From contig JAKFXT010000015.1 in the NCBI GenBank assembly GCA_021731245.1, forward strand, positions 14,889 through 78,888: DNA of 64,000 nt, read 5' to 3'. A model generated the notes under the pieces. It did no database searches. It was not told the DNA's origin and worked only from the letters and a program-made list of their open reading frames with translations. A program made the translations under genes and the position numbers. Positions 39,189-49,239 of this stretch are shown one piece after another (position 1 is the stretch's first letter; the number at the start of each line of letters is the position of its first letter). This DNA comes from Patescibacteria group bacterium (GTDB lineage Bacteria > Patescibacteriota > Minisyncoccia > Phycocordibacterales > JAKFXT01).

Positions 39189-39411
39189 TATTCAGACGAT
39201 TATTTTTTATATACTTTTTGCACTATCTCTTTTTGCTTACTATCGCTTTCTTAAAGATCTAGTTGCTGAATTTTCTCAAATGTCAGTAAGTCGTAAAATA
39301 TTAAATGTAATTGCGGCCATCATATTTCTACCAACTGCTTATTTTTTAGCAATTCCCGGTATGCTGGTTCTTTTGTCTATATTTTATGTAGGAATTGGGA
39401 TGATAACATAA
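39181..39411 (+). CDS. Small 2-TM membrane protein inserted between the transketolase halves
   Basis: 76 aa, two hydrophobic stretches, overlaps the upstream stop. Confidence 0.55.
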   Translation: MSDIQTIIFYILFALSLFAYYRFLKDLVAEFSQMSVSRKILNVIAAIIFLPTAYFLAIPGMLVLLSIFYVGIGMIT

Positions 39412-39417
39412 TAGAAA

Positions 39418-40407
39418 ATGCTTAATTCTGAACAAAAATTAAATATGAAATTGTTCGACAAAGATGTTGAACAAACGCCAATAAGAAAAGGATTTGGCGA
39501 AGGGCTTTTGATAGCAGGAGAAGCCGATAAAAATGTAGTGGGACTTTGTGCGGACTTAACCGAGTCCACGCAAATGCATTTTTTTAAAAACAAATTTCCT
39601 GAAAGATTTATTCAAATAGGAGTTGCAGAACAAAATTTAGCATCAGTTGCATCCGGCATGGCAGCGATGGGGAAAGTTCCTTTCATTACATCTTATGCAA
39701 TGTTTAGTCCAGGACGTAATTGGGAGCAAATTCGTACTACAATTTGCTATAACGATAGAAATGTAAAAATCGCAGGAAGCCACGCTGGAGTATCTGTCGG
39801 ACCTGATGGTGGAACACATCAAGCGATTGAAGACATTGCTATTACTAGAGTAATTCCGCGACTTACAGTAATTTCCCCGTGTGATTCTGTTGAAGCTAAG
39901 AAAGCAACTATTGCTGCCGCTAAAATTAATGGGCCTGTTTATATTCGTTTGGCGAGAGAAAAAACTCCAATAATAACGACAGAGGAGACTCCTTTTGAAA
40001 TTGGAAAGGCGCAAATATTTTGGAAAGGAGAGAAGCCCGTCGCGACAATTGTCGCGACGGGGGTCCTTGTTCATAAAGCGTTAGTTGCAGCAAAAGAGTT
40101 GGAAGAAGATGGAATTCAAACAATTGTTGTTAATCTTTCAACAATAAAACCATTTGATGAAAAAACTATACTGGACGTTGCAAAGCGAACCGGAAAAGTG
40201 GTGACTATAGAAGAGCATCAAGCGAAAGGGGGAATGGGAAGTGCTGTTTCAGAATTTCTTTCTCAAAATCATCCAGTTAAAATGAAAATAATTGGCATAA
40301 ATGATGAATTTGGGCAATCAGGAACACAGGATGAACTTCTAGAACATTACGGACTTAGCGTTTCTAGTATAAAAACCGCCGTAAAAGGACTCATTGAAAA
40401 TTCATGA
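39418..40407 (+). CDS. Transketolase, C-terminal subunit
   Basis: GVAEQN, GPDGGTHQ, YIRLAR, TIKP, EEHQ..GG.GS. Confidence 0.95.
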   Translation: MLNSEQKLNMKLFDKDVEQTPIRKGFGEGLLIAGEADKNVVGLCADLTESTQMHFFKNKFPERFIQIGVAEQNLASVASGMAAMGKVPFITSYAMFSPGRNWEQIRTTICYNDRNVKIAGSHAGVSVGPDGGTHQAIEDIAITRVIPRLTVISPCDSVEAKKATIAAAKINGPVYIRLAREKTPIITTEETPFEIGKAQIFWKGEKPVATIVATGVLVHKALVAAKELEEDGIQTIVVNLSTIKPFDEKTILDVAKRTGKVVTIEEHQAKGGMGSAVSEFLSQNHPVKMKIIGINDEFGQSGTQDELLEHYGLSVSSIKTAVKGLIENS

Positions 40408-40431
40408 AGTAATTGATATATTGTTACGTCT

Positions 40432-41412
40432 ATGACACCAAAAACAACCGCCAAGGATTTTTTCGTCTATCTCGGCACAGTAATACTCCTATATGTTTCT
40501 TTTGGTTCTCTCCTCAATCTTCTTTTCAATTACATAAATTATTTTTTCCCAGACCTTCTTACAGATAGTGTTTATTACTATGATCCGTATACAGCCGCGG
40601 TTAGATTTTCTTTAGCAGTACTCATAATTTTGTTCCCAGTGTTTTGGTTTGCAACTTACTATACAAATAAAGATTTAAGAGCTCATCCAGAAAAACAAGA
40701 GCTTGGAATTAGAAAATGGTTGCTCTATCTTACAATTTTTGTTGCATCCATCATTGTCATAGGAGATTTGGTAACACTAGTAAATGTTTTTCTAAACGGT
40801 GAAATTACCACTCGATTTATATTAAAAGTTGGTACGGTATTGATTCTAACGGGACTAACTCTTCTTTACTACACTTGGGATTTGAAAGGGAAATATATAG
40901 AGAAGCCAATGGTAGGGCGCTCCCTTGGAGTCTTGATGGCTGTAATTGTTGCGGCTTCAATTATTGGCGGATTCTTTGTTATAGGATCTCCCGCAAGTCA
41001 AAGACAAATTCGTTTTGATCAGCAAAAGTTGAGTGATCTCCAAAATATTCAATGGCAAATAGTTAATTATTGGCAACAGAAATCAAAAATGCCAAAGACG
41101 CTTTCTGATTTAGCCGACCCAATAAGTGGTGCTGTAATACCAAAAGATAAGGAAACAGGAAAAGATTATGAGTACACTTTAGGAGTTGGCACAAGCTTTA
41201 AACTTTGCGCTGTCTTCAATAAAGAAAGCAATGAAAGAAGTTACCCAGACCCATATGGAGGAAAAGGAGGTGGAATAGGGTTAAGTGAGCCTTCCATGAC
41301 GTATCCATATCCTGGTCTTGGAATAGATGAAAATTGGAAGCACCCTGCTGGAAATTATTGTTTTGAAAGAAAGATTGATCCAGAGAGATATAAGCCTTAT
41401 CCGAAAATATAA
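40432..41412 (+). CDS. DUF5671-like membrane protein
   Basis: AKDFF.YL, IRKWLLYLT, GEIT.RF, GSP..QR..RFD..DL. Confidence 0.7.
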   Translation: MTPKTTAKDFFVYLGTVILLYVSFGSLLNLLFNYINYFFPDLLTDSVYYYDPYTAAVRFSLAVLIILFPVFWFATYYTNKDLRAHPEKQELGIRKWLLYLTIFVASIIVIGDLVTLVNVFLNGEITTRFILKVGTVLILTGLTLLYYTWDLKGKYIEKPMVGRSLGVLMAVIVAASIIGGFFVIGSPASQRQIRFDQQKLSDLQNIQWQIVNYWQQKSKMPKTLSDLADPISGAVIPKDKETGKDYEYTLGVGTSFKLCAVFNKESNERSYPDPYGGKGGGIGLSEPSMTYPYPGLGIDENWKHPAGNYCFERKIDPERYKPYPKI

Positions 41413-41449
41413 AGAAAAAACCTCCCATTCGATGGGAGGTTTTTTCTTT
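41411..41449. terminator. Bidirectional intrinsic terminator
   Basis: Perfect 18-bp stem AAAGAAAAAACCTCCCAT-TCG-ATGGGAGGTTTTTTCTTT between convergent genes. Confidence 0.9.
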
Positions 41450-41460
41450 TCACTTTATTC

Positions 41461-42471
41461 CTATTCAACTATTTTCTGTGGCTTATAGCTCTCTGGTTTG
41501 TGATTTAAATAATTTTCTAAATCACCTCGATGGAGCAATCCTTTTTGGGCTCCCACTTGTTGAACAACAGACATTGAATTAATTGGCCCCCATGAGAGCG
41601 CTTCAGGAATTGATTTTCCAAGAGCTAGCGCGCAAGCAAAAGTGGAGGCAAAAGCATCTCCCGCACCTGTTCTTTCATATGGTGGCTTTGGATCAGGGTA
41701 AGGTGGCATGAACCAAGCCTCTTTCCCATCGTATGCATAAGCCCCTCTTGGTCCATCAGTTACTACTACAATTTTTGGTCCTTCTTGATGCATTAGGTGA
41801 AGTAGGCGACCCACTTTATGTTCGTCTGTGTTTAATATTCTTTTAGCTTCTTCTACATTGCAGAAAAAAACTTCTGTGAGCAAATAAATTTCTCGAAGTT
41901 TGGCAATTCCCAATTTCATTTGGAATGTCCCTGGCTGAAAGGCCAATTTAATACTTGGGTGTGCTTTTAAATAATTTATTATTTCTTTGTGATAGGGAAG
42001 AGATTGTTCTCCGAGGGATGAAAGATAAAGCCACTTAGGGTTTCCAATATCAGGAAATTTGTAAGGATAATCAAAATGTTTTACTAAAATTGTTCTATCA
42101 TCTTCAAACCAAAGCACGTAGTGGTAATTACTTTTCATACCATCGTGCAAATTTACAAAAGAAGTGTCTATATTATTGCTCTTGAGTGTTGTGATTGTTT
42201 CCTCTGCTACTTTGTCATCGCCCAAATCAGTAACAAGGGCAGTTTTTAAACCAAGCCGAGAAGCAGATACAGCGGCATTTGGACTATTTCCAACTCCTGC
42301 TAAAACTTCTACAAATTCGTAAGGGATTTTATCCCCAAAGCGCATTGAGATTTGGCAGTTTTCTTTATCTACATCACAGTGGACGGAAGCGTCTTTCAAA
42401 CGAATGAATGCATCTGTCACAATGTCGCCAACAGCAACAAAATCAAATTCCTTTTTCTCTCCAAGATTCAT
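41461..42471 (-). CDS. PfkB family carbohydrate kinase
   Basis: GNSPNAAV..SRLG, N.EEA, VTDG..GA, RTGAGDAF. Confidence 0.9.
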   Translation of the reverse strand: MNLGEKKEFDFVAVGDIVTDAFIRLKDASVHCDVDKENCQISMRFGDKIPYEFVEVLAGVGNSPNAAVSASRLGLKTALVTDLGDDKVAEETITTLKSNNIDTSFVNLHDGMKSNYHYVLWFEDDRTILVKHFDYPYKFPDIGNPKWLYLSSLGEQSLPYHKEIINYLKAHPSIKLAFQPGTFQMKLGIAKLREIYLLTEVFFCNVEEAKRILNTDEHKVGRLLHLMHQEGPKIVVVTDGPRGAYAYDGKEAWFMPPYPDPKPPYERTGAGDAFASTFACALALGKSIPEALSWGPINSMSVVQQVGAQKGLLHRGDLENYLNHKPESYKPQKIVE

Positions 42472-42517
42472 TGAAAAATTATATCACAGCACGTGTTATA
42501 ATTTTTAATAATAAAAT

Positions 42518-43378
42518 ATGAAAACTTATAGAGAATACATAAAAGACGCGCAAAGTCGCGGAGTGGCCATAGGACATTTTAATATTTCTAACATTGAAGT
42601 TTTTTGGGCGGTGGTGAATGCGGGAAGAAAACTTAATTTGCCAGTAATTATTGGAGTTTCTGAAGGAGAAAGGGATTTTATAGGAATAAAGGAGGCGCGA
42701 GCGCTTGTGACAAGCGCTCGCGAAGAGTTTAATCACCCAATTTTCCTAAACGCTGACCACACTTATTCATTTGAAAGAGTGAAAGAAGTGATCGATGAGG
42801 GTTACGACAGTGTGATTTTTGATGGAGCTAAACTTTCATTTGAAGAAAATGCAAAAATTGCTAAGCAGTGTGTAGATTATGCAAGAAAAGTGAACCCGGA
42901 AATATTAGTTGAAGCAGAACTCGGCTACATTGGCATGTCCTCCAAGGTGTTGGACGAAATACCTGAAGGAGTTTCCCTTTCAAATTTAACTACGGGAGTG
43001 GATGCTAAAAGATTTGTGGATGAAACAGGTGTGGATTTGTTTGCTCCATCGGTTGGGAATATTCATGGCATGCTTAGAAATACTAAAGACCCAAGACTTA
43101 ATATTGAAAGAGTAAAAGAAATAAGTGAAGCGACAGGAAGGCCTCTCGTGCTTCACGGTGGCTCTGGCACAGAGGATGAGGATTTTGTTAATGCTATAAA
43201 AGCTGGGGTCGCCATAGTCCACATAAGTACAGAACTTCGCGTTGCCTATCATGACGCTCTGAAAAAGAGTATGGATGATAATCCAAATGAGGTGGCGCCG
43301 TATAAAATGATGAAACCGGTGATTGAAGCTGTGCAAATAGTAGTAGAAAAGCGCTTAAGTCTTTTCAATGGTATGTAG
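42518..43378 (+). CDS. fba: Class II fructose-bisphosphate aldolase
   Basis: NADH, VEAELG, GNIHG, LVLHGGSG. Confidence 0.92.
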   Translation: MKTYREYIKDAQSRGVAIGHFNISNIEVFWAVVNAGRKLNLPVIIGVSEGERDFIGIKEARALVTSAREEFNHPIFLNADHTYSFERVKEVIDEGYDSVIFDGAKLSFEENAKIAKQCVDYARKVNPEILVEAELGYIGMSSKVLDEIPEGVSLSNLTTGVDAKRFVDETGVDLFAPSVGNIHGMLRNTKDPRLNIERVKEISEATGRPLVLHGGSGTEDEDFVNAIKAGVAIVHISTELRVAYHDALKKSMDDNPNEVAPYKMMKPVIEAVQIVVEKRLSLFNGM

Positions 43379-43425
43379 GGCGTAAGGAATTGCCTTTTAA
43401 GGCAAAATCAGTATACTAGTCCCTT

Positions 43426-44112
43426 ATGTCAGCGGAACAGTTTACACTTACAATACAACCTAGAGAAATACTCGGGAAAACTTCAAAACGCCTACCAAAA
43501 GACCAAATGGCGGCTGTTTATTATGGCCACAAAGAAAAATCAACACCAGTTGTTTTGCTTAGAAGTGAATTTACTAAAGTTTTCAAAAAGGCAGGGGAGT
43601 CCAGTGTTGTAATTCTTGATAATGGAGGTAAAAAGTTGGAAGCCCTTATACACGAAGTTGATTTTGACCCTGTGAAGGGAGATGTGCGTCATGCAGATTT
43701 TTATATTCTAGAAAAAGGAAAAAAGGTGCAAATTGATATACCCCTTGATTTTGAAGGAGAGTCTGAAGCTGTGAAAAGCTTGGGCGGTATTTTGGTTAAG
43801 GTTATGCGTGAGATTGAAATTGAAGCAGAACCAAAAGATTTACCACACTCAATTGCAGTTGATATAAGCGCCCTTACAAATTTGGATAGTCAAATTACTA
43901 TTGCTGATTTGAAATTACCGGCTGGTGTTCGTGCTACAGGCGATGTAACTGAGGTGGTTGTTTCCATTACTGTTGCTAAAGAAGAAGTTGTGGAAGAACC
44001 AGTAGATCTCTCAACAATTGAAGTAGAAAAGAAAGGTAAAGTTGTAGAAGAAGGAGCAGAGGGCGAAGCTGCTGAAGCACCACAAGGAGAAAAAAAGTCA
44101 GAAAAGAAATAA
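43426..44112 (+). CDS. rplY: 50S ribosomal protein L25 (Ctc form)
   Basis: AVYYG, DPV...HADF, P.DLP.SI.VDIS. Confidence 0.93.
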   Translation: MSAEQFTLTIQPREILGKTSKRLPKDQMAAVYYGHKEKSTPVVLLRSEFTKVFKKAGESSVVILDNGGKKLEALIHEVDFDPVKGDVRHADFYILEKGKKVQIDIPLDFEGESEAVKSLGGILVKVMREIEIEAEPKDLPHSIAVDISALTNLDSQITIADLKLPAGVRATGDVTEVVVSITVAKEEVVEEPVDLSTIEVEKKGKVVEEGAEGEAAEAPQGEKKSEKK

Positions 44113-44173
44113 TTTCTGTTATTTCTTAATTTAAATGCCCTAAAATGGGCATGTTATAATTACATTTATAGAT

Positions 44174-45520
44174 ATGAGACGAACCATTTCAATTTCGTTG
44201 TTTTTTATTTTTTGCTTTTTCACTATAGGAGTCGCAGAAGCTCAGGTAAGTGGGCAGCTAAGTCCAGAAAGAAGAGCCGAGCTTGAAAGGCAACTTCAGG
44301 ATGTTGAAAAGCAAATAGCCGATCAACAAAAAGTACTTGAATCAAGACAAAAAGAATCAGTTTCTCTTGAAAGAGATGTGGCTATTTTGAATGCAAAAAT
44401 TAGTGAAGCCAAACTTTCTATAAAGGCGCGTAATTTAACTATTGAAAGACTGTCGGACGAAGTAAAGCAGAAAACAAAAGTTATAGGTGGACTTTCGGAT
44501 AAATTATTTAGAGAAAGGCAGTCTCTTTCTCAGATTTTGCGAAAAACCGATGAGATAGACGACTATTCTGTGGTAGAAATGGTTCTTGCCAACAAAACCA
44601 TTTCAGAATTTTTTTCGGATATTGATTCTTTTAAATCCGTAAATGATGCACTACAGACTTCTCTTGGTGTTGTAAAAGAAACTAAAGGAGAAACAGAAGA
44701 GGAGAGATCTACACTTGAAGAAAAAAAGAGGTCTCAAGCAGAACTTCTTCATTTACAAGAATTAGAAAAAAAGAAAATAGAGCAACAAGAAAAAGACAAG
44801 AAGACCATTTTAAGTCTTTCAAAAGGTCTTGAAAAAGAATATCAGAAAATCCTTGTTGAAAAACAATTAACTGCAGCGCAAATTAAATCGGAACTATTTC
44901 AATTGGTTGGTTCCGCCGCTATTCCATTTGAGACGGCTTACAAATATGCAAAGGAGGTGGAAGTAAAACTTGGAGTGCGACCAGCTTTTCTTTTAGCGGT
45001 TTTCCGTGAGGAATCTAATTTGGGACAAAATGTGGGAACGGGTAATTGGAGAGTAGATATGCATCCAACGAGAGATCAGCCAATTTTCGATGATTTAACA
45101 AGGGATTTGAATATTAACCCAGATACTGTACCTGTTTCGAAAAAGGTTTGGTATGGATACGGAGGTGCTATGGGTCCAGCTCAATTTATACCCTCTACTT
45201 GGGTCCTTTATGCCGGCTACAGCGAATCATCTAAGGGGTCTGGTGTTTGGACCTATAATTCATCTAAAGACCGAATAGGCGAATTGACGGGCAATAATCC
45301 ACCTAATCCGTGGAATCCAAGGGATGCCTTTTTTGCGTCTGGCCTTTTGCTTAGAGATAATGGCGCGGCCAAAGGGACGCGCGCTGCGGAACGCTTGGCG
45401 GCTCTTCGATATCTAGCCGGGTGGGCGAATGCTAGTAAGTCGGCTTATGCCTTTTATGGAAATGATGTGATGGAATTTGCCGATGAATATCAGGCTCAAA
45501 TCAATATTTTGAATAGGTAA
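44174..45520 (+). CDS. Secreted coiled-coil protein with lytic transglycosylase (SLT_2-like) domain
   Basis: Signal peptide, long coiled coil, EES.LG, GGAMGPAQFIPSTW. Confidence 0.8.
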   Translation: MRRTISISLFFIFCFFTIGVAEAQVSGQLSPERRAELERQLQDVEKQIADQQKVLESRQKESVSLERDVAILNAKISEAKLSIKARNLTIERLSDEVKQKTKVIGGLSDKLFRERQSLSQILRKTDEIDDYSVVEMVLANKTISEFFSDIDSFKSVNDALQTSLGVVKETKGETEEERSTLEEKKRSQAELLHLQELEKKKIEQQEKDKKTILSLSKGLEKEYQKILVEKQLTAAQIKSELFQLVGSAAIPFETAYKYAKEVEVKLGVRPAFLLAVFREESNLGQNVGTGNWRVDMHPTRDQPIFDDLTRDLNINPDTVPVSKKVWYGYGGAMGPAQFIPSTWVLYAGYSESSKGSGVWTYNSSKDRIGELTGNNPPNPWNPRDAFFASGLLLRDNGAAKGTRAAERLAALRYLAGWANASKSAYAFYGNDVMEFADEYQAQINILNR

Positions 45521-45566
45521 AATAGGTCTTGTTTTTTGTGATTACTTGGGGTAAAGTGTCAATTCA

Positions 45567-45806
45567 ATGAAAGCTGATATACATCCTAAATTTTTTACAG
45601 AGGCGAATGCAACCTGCGTTTGTGGAGCTGCCTTTGTTATTGGTTCTACAACCGAAAAAATAAAAGTAGAAATTTGCAGTAACTGCCACCCTTTTTATAC
45701 TGGAAACGATAAGATATTGGATACTGCTGGACGTGTTGAGAAGTTTAAGACTCGTGCCGCCGCTGCTAAGCCAACTAAGGCTCCAAAGAAAAAAAGTTCA
45801 AAATAA
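45567..45806 (+). CDS. rpmE: 50S ribosomal protein L31 (Zn-binding type)
   Basis: [27 protein letters not shown]. Confidence 0.97.
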   Translation: MKADIHPKFFTEANATCVCGAAFVIGSTTEKIKVEICSNCHPFYTGNDKILDTAGRVEKFKTRAAAAKPTKAPKKKSSK

Positions 45807-45817
45807 CTTAAGAAGCG

Positions 45818-45847
45818 TCCCGTGAACAGGAATCCTGTTCACGGGGC
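45818..45847 (+). terminator. Hairpin/terminator after rpmE
   Basis: CCCGTGAACAGG-AAT-CCTGTTCACGGG. Confidence 0.65.
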
Positions 45848-45868
45848 TATTTTGCTACAATTAAATTA

Positions 45869-46843
45869 ATGAGCGAAGAACGCCTAAAAGAATTTAAAGA
45901 AAATTATAAGACCTCCTATTTGGCAGGTCGTTTTGAGCAATTGAAAAAACAAGAAGAAGAATTGTTGGAAATGAATAAGGACGAAAGTCTACAATCAATG
46001 GTGGAAGAAGAATTGAAGACATTGAGAGAAGAAATAAATACAGCTTGGAACCAGATGGAGAATATAGTTAAAGAAGAAGAAACTGAAGATAAGTTTCCTA
46101 ATGAAATAATTTTAGAAGTGCGTGCGGGAACAGGCGGTGAGGAAGCGGCTCTTTTTGCCTGGCAACTTGCAAGAATGTATGAGCGATATGCGCAAAAAGT
46201 TGGTTGGCAATTTAAAAATGTTTACGAATCAAAAAGTCCACTGGACGGATACAAAGAAGCAGCTTTTGAAGTAACAGGACAAGATGTTTATAAAAAACTT
46301 AGATTTGAAACAGGGGTTCATAGAGTTCAGAGAATCCCTGCGACAGAAAAGTCAGGACGCCTCCATACTTCTACGTCTAGTGTTGTTATTTTGCCAATAG
46401 TAAAAAAATCAAAAATAGTAATAAATCCAGTTGATTTGGAAATGGAATTTTCTCGCTCAGGTGGAGCAGGCGGTCAAAATGTTAACAAAGTAGAAACTGC
46501 TGTAAGACTTATTCATAAGCCAACAGGTATTGATGTGCGTTGTACATCTGAAAGAAGCCAGCAGAAAAATAGAGAAAAAGCTTTGGCGATTCTTTCGGCA
46601 AAATTACAAGTTCTTCAAGATGAGGAAGAGGCGAAAAAAGAATCAGGAAATAGAAAGGGTCAAATAGGAACAGGAAACAGAAATGAAAAAATAAGAACCT
46701 ACAATTTCCCGCAAGACAGAGTCACCGATCACAGAATAAAAGAAAGTTGGCACAATTTGCCAGCGATTTTAGAAGGCGGAATTGAAGACATCGTTGATTT
46801 ATTGCAAACCAAAGAGCACGGGGAAGTGGTTGATCAAGATTAA
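45869..46843 (+). CDS. prfA: Peptide chain release factor 1
   Basis: [16 protein letters not shown] (PxT motif), [11 protein letters not shown]. Confidence 0.95.
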   Translation: MSEERLKEFKENYKTSYLAGRFEQLKKQEEELLEMNKDESLQSMVEEELKTLREEINTAWNQMENIVKEEETEDKFPNEIILEVRAGTGGEEAALFAWQLARMYERYAQKVGWQFKNVYESKSPLDGYKEAAFEVTGQDVYKKLRFETGVHRVQRIPATEKSGRLHTSTSSVVILPIVKKSKIVINPVDLEMEFSRSGGAGGQNVNKVETAVRLIHKPTGIDVRCTSERSQQKNREKALAILSAKLQVLQDEEEAKKESGNRKGQIGTGNRNEKIRTYNFPQDRVTDHRIKESWHNLPAILEGGIEDIVDLLQTKEHGEVVDQD

Positions 46844-46852
46844 ATATAAAAT

Positions 46853-46878
46853 AAAAACCCCGCGTGAGCGGGGTTTTG
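46853..46878. terminator. Bidirectional terminator
   Basis: AAAAACCCCG-CGTGAG-CGGGGTTTT between convergent genes. Confidence 0.8.
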
Positions 46879-46895
46879 AAAACTGGGGCGGAGAG

Positions 46896-47417
46896 TTACT
46901 TCGCCGCCAGAACATCCTTGTCGATCTGCAGTAGCTTGGCGTGCTTTTCGACGCTTGTGTAGTTCATCGCGCCGATTGGCATTTGCCGTATTTGCCGAAG
47001 ATCACTGACCGTCAGCGCCCAGAAGTAGGGATAGAAGAACTGGCGGTTTTGATCTCCCACCTTATCCGCGAACTCCTTGAGCGCGTAGGTCTTGCCGTCG
47101 ATTCGAACACCTGGCCTTTCCTTCGAGATGTCGACCTCGAGGCTGACCAGAACATATGTAGCGAAAACGCTCCGCATGTTTTCTTTTTCTCGGACGAGGA
47201 AGCCTTCGTAGCTCCGGCAGTAGGTGCAGTCCCCACTGCTCAAGTAGATGAACAGCTGCTTTTTTTCTTCTTTCGCCGTCTTGATTGCGGACGTGAGGTC
47301 GAAGACCTTGCGTCCAGATTCAATCGCAGGCACGACCTTGATCGGCTTGAAATCTTCCGGCATACCTGCGAACGCCGGAAAAACAACTGCAACCAGCAGA
47401 AGCAAAAATGCTTTCAT
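46896..47417 (-). CDS. Secreted thioredoxin-fold protein (GC-rich orphan)
   Basis: Signal peptide ..PAFA, CTYC motif, YP; SD AAGGAG. Confidence 0.75.
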   Translation of the reverse strand: MKAFLLLLVAVVFPAFAGMPEDFKPIKVVPAIESGRKVFDLTSAIKTAKEEKKQLFIYLSSGDCTYCRSYEGFLVREKENMRSVFATYVLVSLEVDISKERPGVRIDGKTYALKEFADKVGDQNRQFFYPYFWALTVSDLRQIRQMPIGAMNYTSVEKHAKLLQIDKDVLAAK

Positions 47418-47467
47418 GGAAAGATCTCCTTATATCGGCGTTGCGAAAGCAACGCTATCTATTGTCT

Positions 47468-47496
47468 ATTATACTCCAATAAAAGCCAAAAGTCAA
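47468..47496 (-). promoter_or_regulatory. sigma70 promoter
   Basis: TTGACT-17 bp-TATAAT on the minus strand. Confidence 0.75.
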
Positions 47497-47536
47497 TATG
47501 AAATGAGAAGAAGTAAAATAATGGCCTATTTTATAG

Positions 47537-49171
47537 TTATTTCTTCTCTAAGCAATAAATTTCATTAGCAAATGTTGGAACAAAAAATCTTTTTGTTTTT
47601 TCATTGTAAGCAATTTTATTAACAATTCTTTCTACTGATTGGAATATGCCCGTGTTTTTTCCAGTTTGAGTATTAATTTCATACAATCTAGCATCATTTG
47701 ATCCAATATATAATTTGCCTTCTATTACTGTAGGACTAGCAAAAATTCTTCCTTGCGTCTCGAATTTCCATATTAACTTAAAATTATCCAAATCAAGACA
47801 GTAAAGATGTTTGTTAAGAGACGCAAAGAAAATTTTGTTTTCGTAAATAAAAGGAGATGAATATATGACCATTCCTGTATCATAAGTGTGGGCAACATCG
47901 CCTGTTTTTATTTTTAAAATATAAAGTTTCCCATCATGTGAACCGAATGTTACAAGCCCTCTTTTTTCATCAAAGGCAAAGGAAGCTTTTACCTCGCCCC
48001 CTGTTTGGAATTTCCAAACTATTTCGCCTGTTTTTGCTTTAAAACAATAAACTCCACCATCGTTTGAACCGATTACAACTAACTTATCTTTTTTGTAATA
48101 TGCGGGGGAACCGTGTGTTAAACCGTCAAATTTATGTTCCCAGCACTTTTTTCCTGTTTCAGCATTAAGTGCCACAATACCACCTCTTTTTTTCCAAAAT
48201 CCAAATTCAAGTCCAACATAAACAAGTTCCAAATCTTCTGCTATAGCGGGGGAGGAGCCTATCCAATCAGCCTCCATAAATATCCATTTTTTCTTACCGG
48301 TTTCTTTGTCTAATGCATAGAAATTGCCATCATAGGCCCCAAAATAGACTGAACCTTTATACAGAGATGGGGAAGAAAAAATGCTTTTTCCCTGTGCTCC
48401 AAATCCCAGAATTTTAAAACGCCAAACTTCTTTGCCGTCTTCTTGATCAAGCGCCCAGAAAGTTCCATTATCACTACCAAAAAATATTTTATTTTCATCA
48501 ATTGCTGGGGCTGATTTTGGAACAACGTATAAATAAGTTGGATTGGGTATTTTTACTTGCCATTTGATTTCAAATGGGAAGTTTATTTTTTCTTTATCTT
48601 TTTCAATTAGGTTTGAAATATCCAAAGAGTCTTTGAAATCATCAAGTGTAAATAAAGAAAATATTTTTATCCCCTTGTCATTTAAATATTTATAGTAGGA
48701 AATATCACGAAAACGTAAAACGGCGCAAACAGCAACAACTTTTTTTCCAAGAGACTCTAGAATTTCTATTTGCCTTACGAATCCAAGCCCCCTGTTCATC
48801 AAATCGTCTACCAAGACAACGGGGTCGTTTGTTAGGTTTCCCTCAATCATATTTTGGAGATCAGTTTTCTCGCGAGACTTACGAATATAGAAACCAGATA
48901 TATCTTTTTCTTTTGATTTTAAAACTAGGGAAGTAATAATAGGAATTGAGGCTGTTTCTAATCCACCAATTTGAAATTTAGGTAAATCTTTTAGTTTTTC
49001 TAAAAATAAATCAGAAATTTGGTTTAAAATTTCAGCATTAAAGAGAATTTTTCTAAAATCAAACACCCAGTCAACCTTTCTGTTGTTTTCATCGATGATT
49101 TTAGCAACATCTTTACTTATAAAGACTTGATTTTCTATTATTTTCTTTAAGTTTGGTAAAGTTTTATCCAC
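47537..49171 (-). CDS. Fusion: PyrE-like phosphoribosyltransferase plus PQQ/BamB-like beta-propeller
   Basis: FDFRK, GGLETASIP, YIRK..IEG, VLVDDL; then about 8 SSP..VY.G..DG.YALD..TG..W repeats; GTG 49171 likely start. Confidence 0.8.
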   Translation of the reverse strand: MDKTLPNLKKIIENQVFISKDVAKIIDENNRKVDWVFDFRKILFNAEILNQISDLFLEKLKDLPKFQIGGLETASIPIITSLVLKSKEKDISGFYIRKSREKTDLQNMIEGNLTNDPVVLVDDLMNRGLGFVRQIEILESLGKKVVAVCAVLRFRDISYYKYLNDKGIKIFSLFTLDDFKDSLDISNLIEKDKEKINFPFEIKWQVKIPNPTYLYVVPKSAPAIDENKIFFGSDNGTFWALDQEDGKEVWRFKILGFGAQGKSIFSSPSLYKGSVYFGAYDGNFYALDKETGKKKWIFMEADWIGSSPAIAEDLELVYVGLEFGFWKKRGGIVALNAETGKKCWEHKFDGLTHGSPAYYKKDKLVVIGSNDGGVYCFKAKTGEIVWKFQTGGEVKASFAFDEKRGLVTFGSHDGKLYILKIKTGDVAHTYDTGMVIYSSPFIYENKIFFASLNKHLYCLDLDNFKLIWKFETQGRIFASPTVIEGKLYIGSNDARLYEINTQTGKNTGIFQSVERIVNKIAYNEKTKRFFVPTFANEIYCLEKK

Positions 49172-49239
49172 AAAATTGAAAGCGCAATAGGTTCCCCTAG
49201 AGCTATACTTTAACAAAAAGGGTAATTTAAATCACTTAT

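Noticed and set aside
40844-40855. Single arm TTCTAACGGGAC of the inverted-repeat family
   Set aside because: Inside a CDS, with no partner arm or adjacent start codon seen; may be chance
46941-47501. 186-aa plus-strand ORF (likewise 12562-13071 minus)
   Set aside because: Antisense to GC-rich genes that own the promoter, SD and protein motifs; stop codons are simply rarer in GC-rich DNA
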